Assembly: GCA_001794055.1 (NCBI GenBank)
Contig: MGJB01000001.1
Coordinates: 7,457 to 71,456 of the forward strand
Direction of reading: 5' to 3'
DNA from: Candidatus Yanofskybacteria bacterium RIFCSPHIGHO2_01_FULL_41_26
GTDB lineage: Bacteria; Patescibacteriota; Minisyncoccia; 2-02-FULL-40-12; GWA2-44-9
DNA length: 64,000 bases
This document shows, piece by piece, positions 26,294-34,293 of this stretch. Made by a program: the position numbers and the translations under genes. The stretch's first letter is position 1; each line of letters begins with the position of its first letter. The notes beneath the pieces were generated by a model. The model searched no databases. It worked only from the letters and a program-made list of their open reading frames with translations, and was not told the origin of the DNA.

Positions 26294-27646
26294 ATGGTGT
26301 TTGTGAGAAAATTCGAACAATTTTTATTTTATTTTCTGCTTTTTGCAATTCCGTTTCAGACGCGGAAGATTTTGTGGCATCAAAATTGGAATTTTAATGA
26401 GTGGCAGTCGATATCTATCTACGGTACGGATATTTTATTACTCATTCTTTTCGGATTCTGGATTTTTGACTTAATTAATCCGAAGATAGAGCCACCTGTG
26501 GATAACCGACTTCGCAAGTCGGTTATCCACAGGTTTGTTAAGAGACATGATTACTTTTTGTTTGTCTTGATTGTCGTCTCAGCTATTTCGATTAAAAACT
26601 CTTCCAGCTATATTCTAAGCACCTATAGTGTTTTGAAACTCGTAGAATTTGTTGTCTTTTATTTCTATATCAAAAGTTATGCGGTTTATAAGTTCGGCTT
26701 GATAAGGTCAATGATTGTTTTGATTTACGGAGGATTATTTCAGGCGATAATTGCTATTCTGCAGTTTTTTAAACAATCAAGTTTAGGTTTAGGATTGTTG
26801 GGGGAAAGTGTTATTAGTCCCAATCTGACCGGCATTGCTTCTTTTTATAATATGGCGGGAGAAAAGATAATCCGCACCTATGGAACGACGCCCCACCCTA
26901 ATGTTTTGGCCGGATATTTATTTTTGGCAATTTTTGCTTTTTATTATCTCTGGATTTATAAAAACATAAGCAAGTTTTTCTTGCTTATGTATGGATTAAT
27001 TATTTTGGCTTTCTTTTTTACTTTTGCCCGGGTAGCAGTATTTCTTTTGTTTATAAATTTTCTAGTTAGAATCATTTTAGTGCATTTAAAATTTAAGAAA
27101 GAATACTGGAATAAGAAGTTAGCTTTACTGTCCGTAGTAACGGTTGTTGTTGCTACATCTCTCTTTTTGATTTATTGGTCCGAGACGGTCAGTCGGGTTA
27201 TGATTTCTTCCAAAGAAGAGGCGGTTCAAATGAGGATTTTTTACAATAAGGAATCTTTGAGTTCCTTGAACTGGTTTGGTGTCGGTTCGGGTAACTTTGT
27301 CAATTGGCTTATGGTCAAAGATCCCAATTTACCGCGTAATCTTTATCAACCGGTGCACAATATCTACCTCTTGGTTTATTCGGAAACGGGAATTTTGGGC
27401 ATCTCTGCTTTCCTCATGTTTCTGTTGTTTTTGATCAAAGATTTTGTATTGCGGACACGCATGAAAAATCTTTATAACTATTCGTTTCTTCTTATCTTTC
27501 TCTCGGTTTTATTTATGGGACTTTTTGACCATTTTTTGTTGACGCTTCAGCAGGGGAGGTTTATTTTTTGGTTAACAGTTATGCTCTTGACTATTAATCG
27601 CAAAGATGATATAATGATTAAACAACAGTCAGAACCGACCGCATAG
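26294..27646 (+). CDS. O-antigen ligase / Wzy-like polymerase family membrane protein
   Basis: ~12 TM helices with the HNIYLLVYSETGILG motif of the O-antigen ligase family. Carries the in-frame palindromic insert at 26499-26537. Confidence 0.65.
   Translation: MVFVRKFEQFLFYFLLFAIPFQTRKILWHQNWNFNEWQSISIYGTDILLLILFGFWIFDLINPKIEPPVDNRLRKSVIHRFVKRHDYFLFVLIVVSAISIKNSSSYILSTYSVLKLVEFVVFYFYIKSYAVYKFGLIRSMIVLIYGGLFQAIIAILQFFKQSSLGLGLLGESVISPNLTGIASFYNMAGEKIIRTYGTTPHPNVLAGYLFLAIFAFYYLWIYKNISKFFLLMYGLIILAFFFTFARVAVFLLFINFLVRIILVHLKFKKEYWNKKLALLSVVTVVVATSLFLIYWSETVSRVMISSKEEAVQMRIFYNKESLSSLNWFGVGSGNFVNWLMVKDPNLPRNLYQPVHNIYLLVYSETGILGISAFLMFLLFLIKDFVLRTRMKNLYNYSFLLIFLSVLFMGLFDHFLLTLQQGRFIFWLTVMLLTINRKDDIMIKQQSEPTA
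26499..26537. repeat. 39-nt perfect hairpin made of two inverted DnaA-box-like 9-mers (cTGTGGATAAccgacttcgcaagtcggTTATCCACAg), in frame inside a CDS
   Basis: Identical stem at 50374-50412 with the loop inverted. Encodes PVDNRLRKSVIHR in the host ORF. Confidence 0.65.
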
Positions 27647-27665
27647 AGCGGTCAAGGAGGCAACG

Positions 27666-27917
27666 ATGCAGGTTCCGTGCCCCTTCAGAGGGGATCACTT
27701 CATTGTCCAGGGTCGTATGCACAGCCCCAGTCAGTGCCCGCCGGTACCCGGCGAGCGTGGCGATCATCGCCGTCGTAAGCGGCTTCGCAAGAAGCATGCC
27801 AAACGTGCGGCGGAATTCATGGTCCGCCGTGGCGAAGCCGTCGCGGGGACTGGTAAGCCGTCGGCCAGCTCCAGCGAGAAAGCCGGAGTGAAAAACAAGC
27901 TGAAAGTGGGGTTGTGA
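27666..27917 (+). CDS. G+C-rich small basic protein (cassette with RBS aaggaggc)
   Basis: RBS, ATG, and R/K-rich 83-aa product. The frame choice in G+C-rich DNA is uncertain. Confidence 0.3.
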   Translation: MQVPCPFRGDHFIVQGRMHSPSQCPPVPGERGDHRRRKRLRKKHAKRAAEFMVRRGEAVAGTGKPSASSSEKAGVKNKLKVGL

Positions 27918-28117
27918 TGAGCATCAATCGTCGGATGTTGAGAAAGTCGTTGGGTACCCGGCATGCTCGTCGGGAGGGCACCAAGACGAAGGCCATCCGG
28001 GGAACGGGTGGCGGCACGAACCAACGGGTCAACAAGTACCGTTGGTTCAAAAAGTCGCGGGCGGCGGTTCGCCCGAGCGTTCTGCTCGAGCGACTGATTC
28101 GTCAAGCGATAGCCTAG
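27914..28117 (+). CDS. G+C-rich small highly basic protein, start overlapping upstream stop (gtgATGa)
   Basis: 67 aa, very R/K rich. Followed by terminator ggggcggcgatgagccgcccccaaTTTTTT (28128-28166). Confidence 0.3.
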   Translation: MMSINRRMLRKSLGTRHARREGTKTKAIRGTGGGTNQRVNKYRWFKKSRAAVRPSVLLERLIRQAIA

Positions 28118-28208
28118 AAATCGGCACGAAGGGGCGGCGATGAGCCGCCCCCAATTTTTTCAAGCGGAGCATTTGCTCCCTTTTTTAATTTAAATTAGAA
28201 TAAAGTTT

Positions 28209-28808
28209 ATGTCTGATCGCACCGAACTTCTAAGACAAATCAAAGACGAAGTCATTGGCCTCAAGGAATCCCCGCTTTACCAGGAAAGAATTAAAAACAA
28301 GGTTTTTCCAGTTATCGGCGAGGGGAGCCACCATGCCAGGATAATGTTCATCGGTGAAGCTCCCGGTCGGAACGAAGCCGCAACCGGAAAACCGTTTTGC
28401 GGAGCGGCCGGGAAGATATTAGACGAACTGCTTGTTTCCGCGGATATAGACAGAAAAGATGTTTATATAACCAATATCGTCAAAGACAGGCCGCCTTTTA
28501 ACAGAGATCCGTTGCCCGATGAAATTAATGCCTACGGACCTTTTTTAGACAGACAGATAGAGATAATCCAGCCCTCCGTCATAGCCACTCTTGGTCGATT
28601 CTCAATGGACTATATTATGAGGAAGTTTGGACTGGAAAATCAGTTAAAGTCCATAAGCCAGATGCATGGTAAGAGTTTTAAAGCCACAACTAATTATGGT
28701 GAAATCAAAATTATCCCTCTATACCACCCCGCCGTGGCGATATATAATAATACAACTAAGGATACCCTGATTAAAGATTTTCAGATTTTAAAAAGTCCTC
28801 CACTCTGA
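28209..28808 (+). CDS. Uracil-DNA glycosylase, family 4/5 (UDG superfamily)
   Basis: GEGSHHARIMFIGEAPGRNE...GKPFCGAAGKILDELL motif block typical of family-4-type UDGs. Confidence 0.8.
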   Translation: MSDRTELLRQIKDEVIGLKESPLYQERIKNKVFPVIGEGSHHARIMFIGEAPGRNEAATGKPFCGAAGKILDELLVSADIDRKDVYITNIVKDRPPFNRDPLPDEINAYGPFLDRQIEIIQPSVIATLGRFSMDYIMRKFGLENQLKSISQMHGKSFKATTNYGEIKIIPLYHPAVAIYNNTTKDTLIKDFQILKSPPL

Positions 28809-28810
28809 GC

Positions 28811-29488
28811 ATGGAAAATGTAATTCATTTATTTGAATCAAGTTTCCCAACCATTGTTGAGTATAAATACCTGCTTCTGTTTTTGGGTTCTATCTTTGAA
28901 GGTCTAAACAGCATGGTTCTTGGCGGTTTCTTAGTTTCGACTGGAACGATCAAGCTTATTCCAATTTTCCTGATATTTACTGTCGGTTATGTTCTTAACG
29001 GGTATCTGTGGTATTTTATCGGTTATTTTGCCGGAGCAAAGCCGATTGATAAATGGGGAAGAGGGAAGCCCAAGAGTCGAAAAATAGTAGAGAAAGTAGA
29101 AGAATATTTTGGAAAATATAGCGGTCGGGCAATTATTTTTACAAAATTTACTTTCTCTCTCACGATTGCCACGCTTATAATGGCCGGATCTCTGAAGTAC
29201 GACCTTAAGAAATTTTCTCTGTATAATTTTATCGGTTCAATTGGCTGGGTTTTGGCAACTTTATTTATTGGCTATTTCTTTGGCCAAAGCTACAAATTTT
29301 TCATTGACTCCCTTGTGAACATTACTTATTTGATACTTTTCTTGGGCGGTGCCGTGGCCTTGGTTTACATTTTAAAACTCATGTTTGGCAGTGCTTTTAC
29401 AAAATCCCTTCTTTTGAAAGATAAACTCAAGGAATTCAGCGACAAACTCAAAGATGGGATTGATAAGTTCTTGTCAGACAAGGAATAG
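28811..29488 (+). CDS. DedA/SNARE-associated (VTT domain) membrane protein
   Basis: Conserved FLGSIFEG...GGFL DedA motif and 4-5 TM helices. Confidence 0.7.
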   Translation: MENVIHLFESSFPTIVEYKYLLLFLGSIFEGLNSMVLGGFLVSTGTIKLIPIFLIFTVGYVLNGYLWYFIGYFAGAKPIDKWGRGKPKSRKIVEKVEEYFGKYSGRAIIFTKFTFSLTIATLIMAGSLKYDLKKFSLYNFIGSIGWVLATLFIGYFFGQSYKFFIDSLVNITYLILFLGGAVALVYILKLMFGSAFTKSLLLKDKLKEFSDKLKDGIDKFLSDKE

Positions 29489-29496
29489 TCGCTCAA

Positions 29497-29770
29497 CCCG
29501 CCCCCATTCTCGGCCTGTTGGATTACGGCCTCCGGATCTCCTGGAGGCGATTCCAGGGCTGGCTAAAGCACAGCCCTAAAACCTTCTCCTTGACGGACAA
29601 ATGCTTAAACTAACCTTCAATTTGCTTAACAAATTTAAGCATCCGTTCCTCCCCGCCAGCTGGCGGGGATTTTCCGGCTAAGATTTATTGAATAAGCAGA
29701 TTATCAATTAATTTGAGTATTATGTTACCCTCGAAACCAAAAGGTCTTAAATAAGCGGGCTTTGCTTGTT
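29497..29770 (+). repeat. Repeat family D copy 2 (central loop replaced by hairpin cctccccgccagctggcggggatt)
   Basis: Aligns with 4925-5125 and 42074-42280. Located directly after the DedA stop codon. Confidence 0.7.
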
Positions 29771-30011
29771 TTAAAGACTGCTTTCGCTAAGATATTTAAA
29801 AAACAAAAGCCGCCTATTGGGCGGTATACATCACTTTTGTAACCACTCTGGACGATTCTTTTCAACCCACACTCTCCAGTTTTCACTACGCCTGCATTTC
29901 ATGGTTTTTCCTGTGGTTGAAATATCGAAGAGCTATAAAAAAGTACTACTCTATTAGACTTATTGTCAACCGGGGTTTTGGTAAGCGCAGCCTCATCGCT
30001 TTTATGACACT

Positions 30012-30177
30012 TTGACGAGGTGAGGAAACAGGTTAGGTTGATTGATCCGCCATCCGCCAACTGGCGGAGGCGGATTGATTTCCAAAATAATAGGTCGAGC
30101 GCCGAGCCGCCAGCCTGTCTGCGATAGTCAAGCAATAGGCTGGCGTAGCGAGGAGGCAAGTGAGGGTTATCTTGTTA
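30012..30177 (+). repeat. Repeat family E copy 2 with two hairpin insertions
   Basis: Shares ttccaaaataataggtcgagcgccgagc and agcgaggaggcaagtgagggttatcttgttat with copy 1. Confidence 0.55.
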
Positions 30178-30211
30178 TAGCTGCAAACGAAGACAAATGT
30201 AAGCTTTACTT

Positions 30212-30251
30212 AAATTTTGTCCGAGTGGGGCAGATATACAACGTATTTTGG
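30212..30251 (+). repeat. Repeat family F copy 1 (ttttgtccgagYg..atatacaacgtattt)
   Basis: Second copy at 42911-42949. Confidence 0.45.
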
Positions 30252-30378
30252 CTTTAAATCAATTTAATTATACCGAATCTGTTCCCCGGAGACGAGGAAC
30301 CGTGGCAGAAAAGTGATGGGGCGGAGCTCTGGCCTGTGGATTGCCATGTTGAGGTGGATTTGGTACAATTAATCCTAC

Positions 30379-31602
30379 ATGATTACAATCAAAAAGACCG
30401 CATATTTAGTCATAATTTTGATCCTTTTATTCACAGCTAATATTTCCCGAGCCGCTACCGACGATACCCGTTATTTCGTTAAATCCACCTCCGGTTGGTG
30501 GAAAAAATCATTTGGTGTTAGGCACAATTTTGATAACGGATTTACTGCCGATCTTTCCGATTTTCATCTTCGCGTTGCGAAGATTTTTGGCATAGAAGTT
30601 GAACCAGTCAAGAAGTTAAATGTTTTGCCAGATTTGTCTCAAGCGCCAATAACAAGCGGAAAAATTCAGGCAAAAAGAATTAAACCGGCCGAACAAGTTC
30701 CTTGGGGGGTTAAGGCGGTTTACAACAATCCACTGCTTTCAAAATCATCGGGCGGTTCGGGGGTTATTGTTGCCATATTGGATACGGGAGTTTTAAAAAT
30801 CCACCCCGATCTTGAAAATAGAATTAAAGAGTGTAAAGATTTTTCAGGCCCAGTCGGGATTGTTGACGGAAAATGCGATGACAATAATGGCCATGGAACT
30901 CATGTTGCCGGAATAATTGTCGCAGACGGGGGTTCGGACGGGCTTGGCATATATGGCGTGGCTCCGGAAGCCAACCTGTTTGCTTACAAAGTTTGTTCTA
31001 ATAATGGTACTTGCTGGGCTGACGATGTTGCTGTTGCTTTAAGAACGGCTGCCGATGGCGGAGCTAATATCGTAAACATGAGTTTGGGTTCCGATAATCC
31101 CAGCCCATTAATAACCGATGCCTCTGATTATGCCGTTTCCAAGAAAGTTTTGATTGTTGCCGCCGCCGGCAATGACGGACCTTATTTTAGGAGTATTGAT
31201 TATCCTGGAGCTGATGCAAGTGTTATTGCTGTGGGAGCTGTTAATATAGATATTCAGATTCCGGACTGGAGTTCGCGGGGGCTTAATTCAACTACAAAAC
31301 CCTATAACACAGAAGAACAAGATATTGAGTTTGCCGCTCCGGGTGTTAATGTAGAATCAACTTGGAAAGACGGCGGTTATGCTATTTTGTCCGGAACATC
31401 TATGGCCTCTCCTCATGTTGCGGGATTGGCCGCCAAGCTCTGGTCTCGATTGCCTGAACAATCGAGTGTTTCTAATTTGCAAGGCGAATCGGGACAAATT
31501 AATCCCGCTTCAGTCGTTCGTGACGTTCTCCACAAACTTACCGCTGACCTGTTGCCTATCGGCGACGATGACAATTCAGGATTTGGATTTCCGCATTTAT
31601 AA
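30379..31602 (+). CDS. Secreted subtilisin-like serine protease (S8 family)
   Basis: Signal peptide plus catalytic triad blocks DTGV..., HGTHVAGII and GTSMASPHVAG. Confidence 0.9.
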   Translation: MITIKKTAYLVIILILLFTANISRAATDDTRYFVKSTSGWWKKSFGVRHNFDNGFTADLSDFHLRVAKIFGIEVEPVKKLNVLPDLSQAPITSGKIQAKRIKPAEQVPWGVKAVYNNPLLSKSSGGSGVIVAILDTGVLKIHPDLENRIKECKDFSGPVGIVDGKCDDNNGHGTHVAGIIVADGGSDGLGIYGVAPEANLFAYKVCSNNGTCWADDVAVALRTAADGGANIVNMSLGSDNPSPLITDASDYAVSKKVLIVAAAGNDGPYFRSIDYPGADASVIAVGAVNIDIQIPDWSSRGLNSTTKPYNTEEQDIEFAAPGVNVESTWKDGGYAILSGTSMASPHVAGLAAKLWSRLPEQSSVSNLQGESGQINPASVVRDVLHKLTADLLPIGDDDNSGFGFPHL

Positions 31603-31872
31603 GTCAGATAATTAATCCATTTTATCAGTTTAGCGGAGCGGATTTTAGCCAAATCCGAGACGCGAGGATGAAGCTGTAGATTATTCTACTGCGAGTCCGA
31701 GTAACGAAGGATTTGGTCTAAAATCAGCCCGCCCTAAGAGGGAAGCTAAATAACAAGACCGATTCTTTCGTCTCTCCTCCTCAATATAGAACAATCTATA
31801 TCTTCGTCGTTCCTCGGACTCGGTCTATTCTTTAGCTTCTAAAATGATAAAATGGATTAATTATCTGACCCA
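31603..31872. repeat. 270-bp intergenic element bounded by 24-bp perfect inverted repeats (tcagataattaatccattttatca / tgataaaatggattaattatctga) with nested internal hairpins
   Basis: IRs abut the protease stop and the start of the next gene. The interior has no ORF and at least 5 nested stem pairs. Confidence 0.6.
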
Positions 31873-31874
31873 GT

Positions 31875-32495
31875 ATGAAAATAAGTCATGTTGTAAGAAC
31901 TCTAGTTGTATCCGATTTTTTTATTAATGCCGGTTTTTCTGTTTTCGCGCCGGTATTTGCGATATTTGTTACTAAACAAATTGACGGAGGGACTTTGGCG
32001 GTCGTCGGTTTTGCTGCCGCTATTTTTCAAATATTCAAGTCTGGCCTCCAAATTCCGATAGCCAAGTATTTGGATAAAAATCATGGCGAATATGACGACT
32101 TTTATTCAATGGTTTTTGGCACCTTTCTTATTGCATTGGTGCCTTTTTTGTATTTATTTGCTACCAAAACGAGTCATGTCTATATGATTCAAGCGCTTTA
32201 CGGTATCGGAGCATCTTTTGCCATTCCTCCTTGGTATGCCATTTTTACCAGACATGTTGACAAAATGCAGGAGAATGTGGAGTGGTCTCTGGACTCAATT
32301 GCTATTGGAATAGGTGCGGCGACATCAGCGGCTCTCGGGGGATTTTTAGCGGAAAAATTTGGTTTTCGATTTGTATTTCTTTTGGGGGGCATGCTTGCTG
32401 TTTTTGGCGCAATCCAGCAAATTAAAATTTTCCGAGATTTAAAAGGAAAAGTCTCTCAAGGTACTGTAAGACCTTTGCCTGACGGTGCCAAATAA
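31875..32495 (+). CDS. Hypothetical 6-TM membrane protein (half-MFS-like)
   Basis: 206 aa with six predicted TM helices. Confidence 0.45.
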   Translation: MKISHVVRTLVVSDFFINAGFSVFAPVFAIFVTKQIDGGTLAVVGFAAAIFQIFKSGLQIPIAKYLDKNHGEYDDFYSMVFGTFLIALVPFLYLFATKTSHVYMIQALYGIGASFAIPPWYAIFTRHVDKMQENVEWSLDSIAIGIGAATSAALGGFLAEKFGFRFVFLLGGMLAVFGAIQQIKIFRDLKGKVSQGTVRPLPDGAK

Positions 32496-32546
32496 AATAA
32501 TACAATGGGGGTCTTTGCAAGCAAAGACCCCCATTGTATATTGTAC

Positions 32547-34283
32547 ATGAATAAAGAAATCTCAAAAATTTTATATGAGATGGCTATTTTGCTTGAAATG
32601 AAAGGTGTGGAGTTCAAGCCTCGCATGTATGAAAAAGCCGCCGGATCTGTTGAATCATTAACTGAAGATGTCAGGGGTATTTATAAACATGGCGGTTTTA
32701 AAGCGCTTGAAGATATTTCAGGTGTCGGTTCGTCTATTGGCAAGAAAATAGAGGAATATATCAAGACTAGACGTGTCAAAGAATACGATAAACTCAAAAA
32801 AGCGGTTCCGGTAGACATTGAGGACTTGGTATCTGTTGAAGGCATTGGACCCAAGACTATTTTGCGTCTTTATAAAAAACTAAAAATTAAAACAAGAGAT
32901 CAGTTGGAAAAAGCTGCAACCAGAGGCAAGCTTGTAAAAGCCGGATTCGGTAAAAAAACCGAGGACAACATTTTAAAAAGCATCGGCTTTTTGAAAAAAG
33001 AACATGGGCATTGTCTTTTAGGCGAAATAATGCCGACAGCTGAAAAAATACTTGAATGCATCCTGGCTTTGCCCGAAGTTGAGTCGGCTGAATTTGGCGG
33101 TTCTTTACGTCGGATGGCGGAAACCGTCGGTGATCTGGATTTTATTGCTTTTTCTACCAAGCCCTCCGAGGTGGTTGAAAAATTTATCAGATTTCCTGAA
33201 GTGCAAAGTGTTCATTCCAAAGGAAAGCATAAGGCCTTGGTTCGTTTAAGCATAGAGACGGATGCTGATATTTGGGTTATGGATCCCCAAGCAACAGGCG
33301 CTGCTCTTATCGGTTGGACAGGCGATAAACAGCACAATATTGCCCTACGAACTCTTGCCGAGAAGAAGGGCTGGATGTTGAATGACTATGGACTGTGGAA
33401 TGGAAAAATCTTACTTGTTTCAAAAACCGAAGAAGAAATTTATAAAAAACTCGGCATGGCTTGGATACCGCCTGAAATCCGCAACAATACCGGTGAGATA
33501 GAAGCGGCCCTTCGACAAGCTCAGGGTAAACCTGGTGGTTTGCCCCACCTTGTCGGCTACGGTGATGTAAAAGGCGATCTGCAAATTCAGACAGACTGGA
33601 CTGATGGCAAGGATTCTATTGAAACAATGGCCAAAGCTGCCAAAGAACTCGGCCACGACTATATCCTCATTACCGATCATACCAAATTTCTCGCCATGAC
33701 CGGAGGAAGTGATGAAAAACGGCTTATCAAACAAATGGCCGCGATTGATAAAATAAATTCAAGTTCTACGTTTCATGGTTCAGGTTTCAAGATTCTTAAA
33801 GGCGCCGAAGTAAACATAATGCCAGATGGCACTCTGGATATAAACGACGAAACTTTGGCAAAATTGGATGTTGTGGGTGCCGCTGTCCATTCTAAATTTA
33901 ATATGTCTGAGAAAGATATGACCGCGCGCATCAAAAGGGCGATGGAAAATCAGAATGTAGACATAATTTTCCATCCGACCGGAAGGCTCATTCAGAAACG
34001 CGAGGCCTATAAAGTAGACATGGATGAGCTTTTAAAAACCGCAAAGAAAACTAAAACTGTCATGGAAATTGATGCTTTTCCTGACAGACTGGATCTGAAA
34101 GACGAATATATTCGCAAAGCGGTAAATATGGGCGTTAAACTTGCAATAGATACTGATGCTCATTCTATTGAACACTTAAAATTTCTTCGTTATGGTATTG
34201 CCCAAGCTCGTCGCGGTTGGGCCGAAAAGAAAGACGTTATTAATGCTCATAATTGGCAAGAGATGTTAAAAATGCTAAAATAA
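32547..34283 (+). CDS. DNA polymerase X family (Pol beta-like nucleotidyltransferase + C-terminal PHP phosphoesterase domain)
   Basis: Tandem HhH motifs (GVGSSIGKKI, GIGPKTILRL), NT core GGSLRRMAETVGDLDF, and a PHP domain with His/Asp motifs (ITDHT). Confidence 0.85.
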   Translation: MNKEISKILYEMAILLEMKGVEFKPRMYEKAAGSVESLTEDVRGIYKHGGFKALEDISGVGSSIGKKIEEYIKTRRVKEYDKLKKAVPVDIEDLVSVEGIGPKTILRLYKKLKIKTRDQLEKAATRGKLVKAGFGKKTEDNILKSIGFLKKEHGHCLLGEIMPTAEKILECILALPEVESAEFGGSLRRMAETVGDLDFIAFSTKPSEVVEKFIRFPEVQSVHSKGKHKALVRLSIETDADIWVMDPQATGAALIGWTGDKQHNIALRTLAEKKGWMLNDYGLWNGKILLVSKTEEEIYKKLGMAWIPPEIRNNTGEIEAALRQAQGKPGGLPHLVGYGDVKGDLQIQTDWTDGKDSIETMAKAAKELGHDYILITDHTKFLAMTGGSDEKRLIKQMAAIDKINSSSTFHGSGFKILKGAEVNIMPDGTLDINDETLAKLDVVGAAVHSKFNMSEKDMTARIKRAMENQNVDIIFHPTGRLIQKREAYKVDMDELLKTAKKTKTVMEIDAFPDRLDLKDEYIRKAVNMGVKLAIDTDAHSIEHLKFLRYGIAQARRGWAEKKDVINAHNWQEMLKMLK

Positions 34284-34293
34284 GGCATTAATC

